NCBI GenBank assembly: GCA_010093995.1
Contig: ML992529.1
Coordinates: 1-64,000, forward strand
Origin: Elsinoe ampelina
Taxonomy: Eukaryota
Direction of reading: 5' to 3'
DNA: 64,000 nucleotides
Shown in pieces: positions 25,911 through 38,625 of this stretch. Within the stretch, counting starts at the first letter, position 1, and each line of letters opens with the position of its first letter. Under the pieces are notes generated by a model that did not search any database, had not been told where the DNA came from, and worked only from the letters and a program-made list of their open reading frames with translations. The position numbers and the translations under genes are program-made.

Positions 25911-27261
25911 CTAATTCGCCGGCGCCGGCACCACAGGTGCGTGAATCTTGTCCACCTCTTCCTTAAAGTCTTTTGTTCCCAGCTTGTCCTTGTAGTGCTG
26001 GGTAAAGTCATATCGCACCGCGAAACTCCCCATCAACATCTCCCTGGCAAAATCCTTGTCTCCTTGCGACTTGACGACCATCTTTAAGAAATCATCCCTG
26101 TCCACCCTCGATCGAGGATCCTTGTCATGTACCCGCCTGAAGTTCTCCGAGCTTACCGGGTCTATGACCGTCCTCCACTTTTCAATCCTCTTGGCCGAGT
26201 ATAGATCCAGGATATCCTCGTCTGCTTTGCCGTCCCAGATGCCAGCTAGACAGTCGTAAAGCCCCCCGACGTCTACGAAACCACCTGTGATGCCCATGCC
26301 TCCCCAAGGATTGCATAGATGTGCTGCATCGGCCGCAAGCATGAATCGGCCCACCCGGAATTTCTCGGCGCATCGCTGGTGCATCTTGTATGGACTAAAG
26401 TTCATCACCTTGTACTGACTCGGATCTGGGTTGCCGGGGAGCATTGTCTTGAACTTCCACTCCATACGCTCTTGCAGTTGCTCTCGACTGAGGCCGGGCT
26501 TCTCGCCGTATGTGATGCGGTACAGACCGTCTTCTTGGATAATGGCTGCCATGTAGAAGTGCTCGGGGTGGATGATGAAGTTGGCGTCTTTCCAGCCGAA
26601 CTTCTTAAAGTCATAGTAAGTCTGTAGATGTCAGTCTCATCTCGCGTCCTCGCACATTGAGGCTCCTCACGTTTGTGGCAACAATCTGATGATCATCCCA
26701 GGATTTGCCTGGGTAATTCAGGTCACCGAAGAGACTTCTTCTGATCTGACTGTTGGCTCCATCACACCCGACAATGTAGTCTGCCTCCAAGTTCTTGTTC
26801 CCTTCAGGTGTCTCGACATCTACCCATGCTTTCTTCTCGTTTTGGCCGATCCCAGTCACCTTGTGCTTGAAGCTGACCTTCCCATTGTACTTGGTCAAGA
26901 ACTCATCCAACAGCAATTGATCCAGCTGTTGTAATACTAGGCATGTCGTCCGTTGGTCTTCCCCATTCACATCTGCAAGCACTATGTTGTCGATGTTGGC
27001 GATCTCGCTGAGATCGTCCGGGTACCGCCAACACATGGTGTCGAGCACCATGCCTTGCTTCCGGATCTCATCCAGGACGCCTGCGCGTCGCAATTCTGGT
27101 ATCGCGGGAGGCCCATAATGAGCTGCTCGTGGTTGATCGTCCAATTGATGTGAAGCTTCCACAATCTCAACACTAATGCCCTTCTTCGCGAGGAGAAGCG
27201 CGAGCAGTAGTCCTGAAGGTCCGGCACCCACTATGATTACTTTTTCGAATGTCCCAGGCAT
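25911..27261 (-). CDS. FAD-dependent aromatic-ring monooxygenase (PheA/TfdB, FAD_binding_3), 2 exons
   Basis: VIIVGAGPSGL Rossmann motif, YIVGCDGANSQIR (DG motif), GRFMLAADAAHLCNPWGGMG (GD-type motif). Confidence 0.9.
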
Positions 27262-28851
27262 ACTCGTGTGGGTAGCTGTGTAGGGAAGAGTAGCTGGAAA
27301 GAGAGGAGATGCACAAGGAGCAAGGATTGGATGCGAAAGGAAGAATTAGGAAGAAAGAAGTGGTGACGGCTATGATACAGTAATAGCAGCTGCAAGTGCC
27401 CCACCGTACCTACGGTCAAGTCCACGTGCGCCGAAAGGCATGGATGGAGATGGGGAAGCGCCGTCCAATGAAGCCCAGGAAGAAAGACAAAATGATGAGA
27501 GAAGTGATGAGCCAACAAGGCTGTCGCGTGCAAACGGTGGTAACGAACGTGGTGCAGGTGGGTTCAAGGTTGAAATGGCTTACATTTCCCCACGGCAAGA
27601 TGCCCCAAAAGACCCCTCGGTGGGGCAAATGTTCATGACCGAGGGGCAATCTGCGTCCCCCACACCGGATGTCCTCCGGCGCATCTCTTGTTGCTTGTTT
27701 TCAAGATGGATCCAACCTGACATTGCGCTCTCACCATCATGGATCAGGAACACGTGAGGAATGATGCAGTTGATCGAGTTTCAGGCTTACGGTGGCAGGC
27801 CCCGCGACGGACATAGTTGAAGCCGTCCATTGCCAACGGATTGGTATGGTCAGGTCCACGCGATCGGGGGAGTCGATTCAGGTCAATGTTGCTCCATTCG
27901 GATGATCGTCATGGTAGATTGATTACCAGATGCACCGTCGTTCATTCACATACTCGAATATCTCGCAGACTTGGTGAGCGAGCAGTGTCCATCCACCTCG
28001 CTGTCCTAGTAGAAGAGTACTGCTTGTACTATCAGGCGATGCTCGTCTCGCCAGGTCTTTACATGGTCTTCGGGGGTTTGCCGGTGGAGAAGACATCCCG
28101 TTGTTTCGTTTCTCGGTGCCCGCCCCCAGATCCCTCCAAGCCCGAGAACGATGTGGGGTCCTAACGTCGAACTGATCATTGCAGGAGATCTGCCAGAGAG
28201 AGCTCGTACTCTTAGGGTGTGAAGAATCATCCTCCGATCCTATGTGGTCTAACTGACGAGAAGATAGCTATGGGCCAGTCCTCTTTAAGCACACATTGTT
28301 TCGAAGAGAGAACATTCGAGCGCTTCCTTGATCAGTTCGGCGTGCGGAGGCAAACCCTCTGCGTCTCTGCTTGCCAATTTGAGCTGTCGAAGCATGGCTG
28401 CTGCTCGTGCGGCGTGTCCGATTGATCCGCCTTGATGCGTGGGCGACGTGAAGGCGTCTGGTCTCAAGTGGTGGACTGCCGTGAAAATGGCTACGAGAAT
28501 GGTCAAGAGCAGGAGTCGGTAAAGCATTTCGATCTTTTGGGCGGGGACCAGAGCAGGTGACCGTAAGAATGATGAGAGAGTTGTACATTATAGCTTTCGT
28601 CCTCACGTTTCTCATTCCCTCTATGCTGTCTCGAATATCACATATCCGGGCTTCACCAGCCACTGTCGAAGAGCTTTCGGAATTATTATCGGAGGTCAGA
28701 GCCGGATCGACAACCAGTGATATGAAGGCCGCAACTCAAGTCCAATTGCGCCTTTCCGGATCTGCATTTACCGAACAAGTGGCGCTCGCCCATTGCATCT
28801 GATTCGCCAATAAAAGGTCCAAGATGTCCAGGGTATGTACAGTACGAGGTA

Positions 28852-31800
28852 TTACGCGAGCACTTTCTCGGTCTGCCAAACACCACCGACTCTGACCTGT
28901 CTCTCCTTTCGGCTACCCATCTCCCATCGACCACTCTCGCCATTCAGACTGACACCGACCCAGCATTCTCTTCTCTCTTTTCCGTCCTCGCCTCTACTCA
29001 AGACATCCACCTTGCCAACGGGTTTGCCGACGTCCAGCAATTCCGAGCCCTCCATCAACGCAAGCAACTGCTTTCCGCCCACAGGTGTCAACGGATGCAT
29101 CCTTGTCCTGGCAGTGCCACCCGCACCGACTACCTTGATTGCTGCACGGCTGAGATGGCTATAGACCACAAACTGTGGCATTTCTGCAACTCCAAGCCTG
29201 GCGAGTATGCTGCTTGGATGAATGAAAACATCCCTCTCAGCCTCATCGGTCCTGGCGCCAACCTCGTAGCTCCTGGTCAGGGTTCGGTAAGGAACCAGGA
29301 TCGCCCTTCTAGGCTTCCGGCCCTCGCCCATACCCTCGGGTCCGGCCAGTAAATCTTTGCGAATGGCTACCTGATCCGCAAAGCCTGCCGCGAGAATGTA
29401 CTTCAATTTAGCCCGCTCGTTGTCTTTCAGAACCTTGAGCTTTGTCAAGTCTTCAGCCGACACACCAGGATTGTTCATCTGCACGATTCGAATGAGTTGA
29501 CCGCGTAAATCCAGAGCTTCACGCATACCCTTTTCCCGAATGAACAGATCTGCACATCGAGACGCCACCATACCAATGTTGCTACACAGCACAAAAGCAG
29601 TGAGGAGCTTCAGTGCATCACATCTGCTATCCCACCTTGATAGTGTAGCCTGTGCCGACTTGTACGCCTTTAATCGTTCTGCAGCAGCAGTCGAAATGGC
29701 AGGATCTGGTCGCTTTGCTGGGGCGTCACTATCCGAGTCTTCGTCCGACAAGGTATCTATTGTCAAGTGGGGTGAGACCTGATTTTCGGTGATGAGAAGC
29801 TCTGGAACAGCCAGTGCGCAGACGAGAGCAATCGTATGGGCCAAGAGACCATGGGAAGAAGCAAGGAGTAACATTCGCCCGAAACGAGGATTGACAGGAT
29901 AGTTGGCCAACGATTGTCCAGTAGTCGTGATTTTACCAGCCCTATCGATCGCTCCTAGGTATTTGAGCAACTCTTCCGCTCGCGCCAGGGCGTGACGATC
30001 CGGCGGAGTAGGGAAAGGGAAGCTTGCAACATTGGGGAAGTCGACTCCCTTGACCATCAGAGCTACATTCTCGACAGGAGATCGTAGGATTTCTGGTACG
30101 GCGTATTCAGCAAAGTCACGTTCGTACACAGCGGAGGAGTAGAGCCGATAGCAGTGGCCTGGACCGGTTCGACCAGCACGACCAGCTCTTTGGGCGGCTG
30201 ATGCTTTGCTGATCCAATTGACCTCAAAGGTTTGCACTCCAGTCGTATTCGTGTATTGTTTCTCTTTGACTCGTCCACAGTCGAAGACATAGCGGATGTC
30301 CGGGATAGTGAGAGAAGTTTCGGCGACGTTGGTGGACAATACGATCAATCGAGATCCGTCCGGTGGAGGGACAAATACCTTGGCTTGCTCAGACGATGGT
30401 AGCTGAGAATACAAGGGTAATATGTGCACCTTCTGGTGTGCCTCAATTTGCTGATTGTCCTCGATCTGGAACTCCTCGTCGTCGTCGGAAAGTCCGTGCA
30501 AGCCATCGTTATCTAGATCGTCTTCTCCGTTCAAGTGCGGTCTCTGCTCGTCCACAAGGCGGGTTTTGGCTTCTCCATGATCGTGGCCACCTTGTCGGGA
30601 ATTGATCGATGGGTGAGCATCAGTGTCCGAGAAAGATCGTTGCAGTCGTTTCATCAAGGCCACGATTTCTGCCTGGCCAGTCAGAAAGACGAGCATCCCG
30701 CCTTTTGGAAGTTTCTTGTGGCCTTTGCTGACTTTGTTATACATCTCTTCCACATAATCTCGCTTGGTCTGACGTGCGAAGTGATTGACTACGGGATACT
30801 GCCTGCCTTCTGCCTGGACAATGGGAGGTGGACCATCTCGGAAGAGGATTGTGTTCCGGGTGAAGTCTTCTACTCTCATGGTAGCGCTCATAATGACAAG
30901 CTTCAGCGGGTAGAATTGCTGGGGCTTTTCCTTCGACAGATCCGCTCTAAGGTCAACAATACGGCTCAAGAGACCGATAAGAATATCAGTGTTGACCGAT
31001 CTTTCGTGTGCTTCGTCTATAATGATGGCGGAGTATCGTGAGAGGGTGAAGTCGCTCGCTACCTCTCGCAGTAAGATGCCATCTGTCATGAACTTGATGG
31101 CGGTGGAAGGCCCTACAGCCGAGTCGAAACGCACTTGATGACCGACTCGGGATTTCATGTCACCCATCTCTGTCGCCACTCGATCTGCGACACTCGTTGC
31201 TGCTACTCTGCGGGGCTGCGTGACTCCGATCATGCCTTTGGTACGTTTGTCTTCTATCACTGTCGAGGCTTTCTCGCCGATCCTACTGCCGTAGCCACTT
31301 TCAAACATCATTTGCGGAACTTGAGTCGTCTTACCCGAGCCTGTTGCACCGCAGACGATAGTGATTGGGTTGTGATGGATGGCCTCCATGATTTTCTGCT
31401 CTTCTTGCACGACAGGGAGTTTCAGTCGTGCTTCCTGGATCTGCTCGCTCCGATTCACCAAAGCGCTGACGACGGTCGCTTCCGAGACTGACTTGAGTGG
31501 ACCTACGGCGGGAGCATTGACTGACACATAGGGCTTTGGTTCATACTTGACCCTCGTAGAGACCGCTATATCGCTGTTGGTTGCGGTGGAGGCTGGTGTG
31601 AAGCCCAGTGCCACGTTCCGCTGCTGCTCTGCCCATTGTTTGAAGAGTGAAGATCTGGAAGAGCCTGCGTCTGGTGGGGAAGATGCACTTGATCCGTCCA
31701 CATCCTCAACATCCTCTTCCTCGTCCTCATCGCCATCGGACTTAGCAGAGTCCATGTCAGAGGTATCGTGGATGTCGCGATCTGCCGCTACCACATCCCG

Positions 31801-32589
31801 TCCTTGCGAACAATCCTTCTCGTCGTCAACGCTATCATGATCCACATCCGAAAACCCATTCCATTCATCCGACGTGTGCTCGTCCAAAGAATCTTCCTCG
31901 GGGTCTGAATCCTCGCCCCCGCTCAAGATGACATTGGATGTGACTGACTTCTGGACGATAACCTTCCGGCGTTTTCTCTTCTTGATCTGTGGCCGCCCAG
32001 ACTCGTCAACCTCTAGAGGCCTCTTCAATCCAGTACCGAACAGACCTGGCTGAGGTAGAATGTTCCGATTGACAGGCTCGAGTTCTTTCAAGGTCGCATT
32101 TCCCGATATTGGTCGACTCGTCTGCTTCTCGAAATGATCCTCGACCTCAGTGTCTGCGAACAAAGGCCTATCCTCGTACAAGAGTTCCCTCTCCTCCTGC
32201 CCGGCAAGGCCTCTCCCCTCAAAGTTGAGAGCTCGTTTCAGTCCCTCCCTCCTAGTCTCCCTCCCGCGGCCGAGATCTTTCGTACTTTTGAACAGACTGC
32301 GGTCTACCTCTTTTTGTCCATGTGCCAATTTTCGAATCAACTCTTGGTTTTCTTCCTTCTTGAGCTTGGTGTCGATGTAGTGTTCTAATCGCTTTGCCTT
32401 CTTGCCCGAGACCTTGACTTCAGGTCGCTGAGCCTTGAGCTCAGCTCTGAGTGCTTCTCTTAGTCCATCGTGCGCAGGGAGCTCGGTCGTATTCGTATCT
32501 GCTGTCTGCGATGCGAGTGGTTCGCCTGTGGATGCTCGCTTGCGTGCGAGGGCTTTTTGTTTGCGGACTCGAGGGACGAATTTGGGCAT
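28852..32589 (-). CDS. DHR1: DEAH-box RNA helicase Dhr1/Ecm16 (DHX37)
   Basis: MPKFVPR start, GATGSGKTTQVPQ, TQPRRVAA, DEAHERS, MSAT, TNVAETSLTIP, QRAGRAGR. Confidence 0.93.
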   Translation of the reverse strand: MPKFVPRVRKQKALARKRASTGEPLASQTADTNTTELPAHDGLREALRAELKAQRPEVKVSGKKAKRLEHYIDTKLKKEENQELIRKLAHGQKEVDRSLFKSTKDLGRGRETRREGLKRALNFEGRGLAGQEERELLYEDRPLFADTEVEDHFEKQTSRPISGNATLKELEPVNRNILPQPGLFGTGLKRPLEVDESGRPQIKKRKRRKVIVQKSVTSNVILSGGEDSDPEEDSLDEHTSDEWNGFSDVDHDSVDDEKDCSQGRDVVAADRDIHDTSDMDSAKSDGDEDEEEDVEDVDGSSASSPPDAGSSRSSLFKQWAEQQRNVALGFTPASTATNSDIAVSTRVKYEPKPYVSVNAPAVGPLKSVSEATVVSALVNRSEQIQEARLKLPVVQEEQKIMEAIHHNPITIVCGATGSGKTTQVPQMMFESGYGSRIGEKASTVIEDKRTKGMIGVTQPRRVAATSVADRVATEMGDMKSRVGHQVRFDSAVGPSTAIKFMTDGILLREVASDFTLSRYSAIIIDEAHERSVNTDILIGLLSRIVDLRADLSKEKPQQFYPLKLVIMSATMRVEDFTRNTILFRDGPPPIVQAEGRQYPVVNHFARQTKRDYVEEMYNKVSKGHKKLPKGGMLVFLTGQAEIVALMKRLQRSFSDTDAHPSINSRQGGHDHGEAKTRLVDEQRPHLNGEDDLDNDGLHGLSDDDEEFQIEDNQQIEAHQKVHILPLYSQLPSSEQAKVFVPPPDGSRLIVLSTNVAETSLTIPDIRYVFDCGRVKEKQYTNTTGVQTFEVNWISKASAAQRAGRAGRTGPGHCYRLYSSAVYERDFAEYAVPEILRSPVENVALMVKGVDFPNVASFPFPTPPDRHALARAEELLKYLGAIDRAGKITTTGQSLANYPVNPRFGRMLLLASSHGLLAHTIALVCALAVPELLITENQVSPHLTIDTLSDEDSDSDAPAKRPDPAISTAAAERLKAYKSAQATLSRWDSRCDALKLLTAFVLCSNIGMVASRCADLFIREKGMREALDLRGQLIRIVQMNNPGVSAEDLTKLKVLKDNERAKLKYILAAGFADQVAIRKDLLAGPEGMGEGRKPRRAILVPYRTLTRSYEVGARTDEAERDVFIHPSSILARLGVAEMPQFVVYSHLSRAAIKVVGAGGTARTRMHPLTPVGGKQLLALMEGSELLDVGKPVGKVDVLSRGEDGKERRECWVGVSLNGESGRWEMGSRKERQVRVGGVWQTEKVLA

Positions 32590-32920
32590 AGCGGACACTC
32601 GAGCTTTTCAACGCTACTACGGGCGCCACAGTGTCCAGGACATGGTCGTTCGCTTGGAGATATTCTCATTCGTTTGAGAGTTTTCTTGAAGAGAGAGGAA
32701 AAGTTCTGCCGCTCGCGAGTCATGGGTGCTGTGGGGCGGAGGGAAAAGGCGGTGAGGTCTGCGGTGGTGATGGCGCGGAGAGGTCTTTGGAAAGCATCTA
32801 CAAATCGCAGCATCGCATTTACATCTGCCTCTAAATTTTGACATTCCAGCCAGAAGCATACAGGACGATCTCAAAAGCACGGAGAGCGCAAATTTAGAAA
32901 TCAAGCTTGATCAATTCGCT

Positions 32921-33388
32921 ATGGAGACCGCCTCGGAGCCGGTGGAAACACCTTATCCAGCAAAGTCACGTACTGCTGTTGCAGATATTGCCGATATCTC
33001 GACATCGGTGACCAGTGTTTCTTTTACGGATAGGATTCTGCTCACCGTAGCTCAATCAGGACGTGTCAGTCATTGGGTTCATGTCCCGCTCGCCCGAGGA
33101 GCCGCTTCAGAAATGCTTGCTCTGAGCCAGCCACCCACGTACAGCGGGGAGGGTCCCGAAAGTAGCTTGCTCCCTCTCACCCAGCTCACCGCAACCACTG
33201 TCCTGGGCGGTACGAAGGAGGAATTTGAGGTTGTTGGACAGACTCTGGCAACAACCGTGGCGAGCGCCATCTTGATGAGGAACGGTGAGGAGAGGCGAAC
33301 ACTGGTGCTTGGTCTAGGATTGGCGAAGGCTGACTGGGGGCGGTCGGACTTTGATGGTCTGGTGGGACTGTGCCTCGATGTCATTTGA
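32921..33388 (+). CDS. Proteasome assembly chaperone 3 (PAC3/PSMG3)-like protein
   Basis: 155 aa with FTDRILLTVAQSGRVSHWVHVPL, LTATTVLGG and RTLVLGLGL, matching recalled fungal PAC3-like proteins. Confidence 0.7.
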   Translation: METASEPVETPYPAKSRTAVADIADISTSVTSVSFTDRILLTVAQSGRVSHWVHVPLARGAASEMLALSQPPTYSGEGPESSLLPLTQLTATTVLGGTKEEFEVVGQTLATTVASAILMRNGEERRTLVLGLGLAKADWGRSDFDGLVGLCLDVI

Positions 33389-33498
33389 GCATGATGTGAG
33401 GCCGTGAGCGAAATGTCAACCCTTGACAAACACATTTGAGGCTCGTCCCTGGGTTCAGGACGACTCGGAACGGGAGGGGATATCCATGACCGTGTCGA

Positions 33499-34140
33499 TC
33501 AGGAGGCTCCAGCAGCGTTCTCACGGAGTTTTGTCATGATGTTGTCGATGGCCTCCATGTCGCTGGCCTGAACATGCTCGCTGGGTTTGTACTGCGGAGG
33601 AAGTCGCTTGAGAGCTTCGTCCAATGCGGGCTGGTAATTGCGAACTCCGCTTGACAAGGCCATGATGGCTTTCTTGCGGACGGCCTTGTTCGTGTCGTTG
33701 GCGGCGAGGTCGATGATAGAAGGGATTGCGCCCACAGCGAGTAGTTTAACCTGGGATTTGACGTTGTTCTGTACTGCCGTACCGACGCACCAGGCAGCCA
33801 TGCGGCGTACTTCTGCGTCTTTATCCTGTAGCTTCTGGACCAATGGATCCCACAGACCAAGGTTTGACATGTTGTTCGCGTTGTCCAGGTTTTCAATGAG
33901 CTGCTCAAAATTGTCCCAGGCGATGAGCTTGTCCTCTGGGGTCGCTTCAGGGTGGTGAATGACGGACATTGCTTCTTTCATCAGATCAGCATCAGAAGGT
34001 CCTCCCATCAGGCGTTTGAGTGCTTCGGCGTCCAGACCTCGAGCGGCATCTTGAGGTGGTTGAGCAGATTGTCCAGCGCGGCTCTCTTCCGAGTTTTCCA
34101 GACTCCACTTGAGCAGGCCATTAAGGCCGGGATCGGTCAT
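33499..34140 (-). CDS. FES1: Hsp70 nucleotide exchange factor Fes1
   Basis: LNGLLKWSLEN, GPSDADLMKEAM, DNFEQLIENLDNANN, AAWCVGTAVQNN. Confidence 0.93.
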   Translation of the reverse strand: MTDPGLNGLLKWSLENSEESRAGQSAQPPQDAARGLDAEALKRLMGGPSDADLMKEAMSVIHHPEATPEDKLIAWDNFEQLIENLDNANNMSNLGLWDPLVQKLQDKDAEVRRMAAWCVGTAVQNNVKSQVKLLAVGAIPSIIDLAANDTNKAVRKKAIMALSSGVRNYQPALDEALKRLPPQYKPSEHVQASDMEAIDNIMTKLRENAAGAS

Positions 34141-35159
34141 TGTGACTTTCTAGATCAGAATGAGCCCAGAGGAAAAATAATACGCTTGTCAAACCCTATT
34201 CACCTGTTCTGTTGACTCGTGACGATAATGGGGAATAGAGAAATGCGATATATACTAGTTACGAAGCAAAAGTCGGCAGAAGTTGCCCCACACTTCAAGA
34301 AGCTTCCATTGGTCTCATTATCTGGAGATTTGACATGGATATGATGGCCACAGTCCTGTGCAACTTATCCCATCCATCTGGGAGGTGGTATCGATGGCGC
34401 TGTACCGTCGCATGGAGTTTTGATCTGTTTGAATGGAACAAGATACGGAGTGGCGGACATGCGGTGGCGGGCGAGTCGGTGACGTTCACCAAGCCCCTCC
34501 GCCCCTGGCTTCAACCTCAGATATCAGCGAGTGGGCAATTGGAGACACAGGGGAGGAGACGCATCAAAGCTTGGTCAGAGTGCGGTTGTAGCATCTTTCA
34601 CATCAGATATCGGATTGTGGGTAGGCTACCAGGCAACTACACCTGTAGTAGAGTCAGAATCGAATCTCCAATGGGCAGTGGTTGAGCCGTTCAGGTGTTG
34701 GTTCTGTACGCGCGTTAAACATGTCAGCGCCGGTAGAGAAGGGTTTTCGGGGTGCCACGCGAGGCAAAGACGAGGATAGGCATCCGTTTAGATGGCGGGA
34801 ACCTCACGCGACGTGAAGGTTCATATAGCATACTCTCCCGACTCCGTCTTTGCATCTTCCTTGTCAATCTGCACGTTTGTTGGTCGTTTCTGAACGAGAG
34901 ACAGAGCCCGGCTATCGATCCCGATCAGGTAAGCACCGCCTGCACTTGAATTTGGGGCTGGTCTTGGCGGGCGTCGTTCCATCCAGAGGCCCACCTTGGA
35001 ATCGCACACCGCACCTGTCAAGCTTCACCTTCTTCATCGTCTCTGACATCCACCCATCAGATTCTCGTCCATATTCGATCTCGGCAGCTTCAATTGCTGT
35101 CATACTCGCTCAATAAGACTTCAAAACACTAAACCGCTCCGAAATACACCGCCGCCGCC

Positions 35160-36669
<1,510 letters not shown>

Positions 36670-37068
36670 GCGTACAAACGAATCCCCACGGCCGTCAGCG
36701 AGCAGTCAATCCAGCAAGAGCGCGCATGAGCCGTTGGTCTTGTGGTAGGCAGTCAGAGAGTGCAGCAGAAGGATGGCAAAAGCTGCTTTTTCGTCTTGCG
36801 TCGGTGTGTCGGGTGCACTGGAATGGATACAAGCCTTTTGTCAATGGAAAAGGTGCTCAGCTGTCCTGCAATAGAATTATTGGGTCCTGCTCTGTCCTTT
36901 GCTTGTCGAAGCGAGACTTGACGGCGAATGTTGCCTCTGCCACGGAGCCACCATTCCCTTTTCTGTTGCTTTGAATTAGACAGTCACATGAAATGAAAGT
37001 TGTATGTCCTTCACTTGTTGTGCGAGTTGAGATTATGGTTCATTAAACGTGAGATTTTACCCCTGGTA

Positions 37069-38625
37069 TTATAGCTTGACAACCTCCCAGCCCTTCAGAA
37101 GGCCCTCTCGCTTGAGCTCGCCCAATATCCCGCCAACTCTTCCATGTACGACTCGCCCATTCACAATGTCCCTCGGTCCAGCAAAGTGTTCCACGAAGCC
37201 GTCCGGCCCAGACACGATCACCAACTTCTTCCTCCTCTTTGAATTTGAATCGTTGTCCGCTCCTCCAGAAGTTGCGGCATATTTCGGGAGCGCCGTTCGT
37301 GTGAAGACATGCTTCAAGTGGGCTTTGGAGATGAAGCTGCCCTCTTCGTCGACGAAGTAGGCCACCTCCAGCTTCGGGCCAGCAGGAGCAGGAGCGGCAG
37401 AGCGAAGCGCATGGACAGCTGAAACCAGGTTTCGTCCATTCGGCTGCGTACGGATGCCGTGCTTGTCTGCTGGCAGGTCAAGGATGACTTCCGTGCTCTT
37501 GGCATCTGCGGGATCGGGCTCCGTGGTCGAGGCGAGATGAAGGGTCGAAATAATGGCGAAGGAGCGCTGAAGAGAGCGGAGATGGGTGACGATAGGATTA
37601 AACGTGCCCACTTCACCGTCCTTGGGCGGAGCTGGACTTGTGGTGGAGGTGAAGAACAGGTTCCGCAAAGACCAAGAAGCAGGTTGCAGACTCGCATCAC
37701 TCTTCCCGCCGTTGCACTCCTGTCGACTTCTGTTGGCCCATAGAATAGAGATGCGAGGCTCATCGCCATCTGGAGGAAGACTCGTGAAGTTGCCGTGCAG
37801 GTGGATTGCTTTGTCCATATCCATTTCCTTCAAAAGCGACCCTCTGACCATTTTGGAGGCCCTTAAGCCAGACTTCCAGTGACAAATGTTATTCTCGTAT
37901 GAGGCTGCCTTTCGTGCCAGCAAGCCATGTGCCAGCTGCATGGCCGGAGCTATACCGGTGCCTCCTGCAAGAAACACAATCTCTTCTACTTGTCCTTCTT
38001 CCAACCCATGGTCTTGCAACTCGCGCGATGGGCCTCGAAGCTCTATCGAACTGTTCGGGTCTGCGTTTTTGTCGGACACAGTACGTTGGTGTATGTAGCT
38101 GCTAGTCTCCCCATCCTTGCGGATTAGAAACCGGAGGATTGATGGAGATGCGATTGGACTGGAGATTGTCTCGATCAGCTTGTGCGAGACCGCGCGGTGA
38201 CCATTTTGCAGCAGTAAGTCTCTGTCCGCCTCATCCTCCACGAAGAAGAATGGGTGTGGAAAGGGTGGTAGTGGAGTGTATTCTCGAGCTACCTGCAGCT
38301 GTGGCTGCTTCACTGTGACACTCCATGTGCCGTTCTTCCAAAGCTCGTGGTACGGACTCTTCCATCCAGGTCCAAAGGGTGATGCATCGAGGGGACCCCG
38401 GTCGCTCGCATTGAACGGTTGGAGCAGAAAAAGGGCGTTGGTCGTCGACACAGCGTGCTTGTAGACCAAAGACCAGGAAGTAAAGTTCTGGATGTGGAGA
38501 GCTGGGTGGTATCGTCTGGCTCTCTGATCCTCGATCTCGGACTTGCTCACGTAGCCTGCAGTAGACGCCACAGTGAGCCCGATGGTGAGGAGGGCGGCAT
38601 TCTGGCGCGTCACAATTTTGGGCAT
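37069..38625 (-). CDS. CYC2: Ferredoxin-reductase-like mitochondrial flavoprotein (Cyc2-like)
   Basis: QLQVAREYTPLPP, IELRGP, FLAGGTGIAPAMQ, ILWANR and VSGPDGF FNR-family motifs, with an N-terminal hydrophobic anchor. Confidence 0.7.
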   Translation of the reverse strand: MPKIVTRQNAALLTIGLTVASTAGYVSKSEIEDQRARRYHPALHIQNFTSWSLVYKHAVSTTNALFLLQPFNASDRGPLDASPFGPGWKSPYHELWKNGTWSVTVKQPQLQVAREYTPLPPFPHPFFFVEDEADRDLLLQNGHRAVSHKLIETISSPIASPSILRFLIRKDGETSSYIHQRTVSDKNADPNSSIELRGPSRELQDHGLEEGQVEEIVFLAGGTGIAPAMQLAHGLLARKAASYENNICHWKSGLRASKMVRGSLLKEMDMDKAIHLHGNFTSLPPDGDEPRISILWANRSRQECNGGKSDASLQPASWSLRNLFFTSTTSPAPPKDGEVGTFNPIVTHLRSLQRSFAIISTLHLASTTEPDPADAKSTEVILDLPADKHGIRTQPNGRNLVSAVHALRSAAPAPAGPKLEVAYFVDEEGSFISKAHLKHVFTRTALPKYAATSGGADNDSNSKRRKKLVIVSGPDGFVEHFAGPRDIVNGRVVHGRVGGILGELKREGLLKGWEVVKL

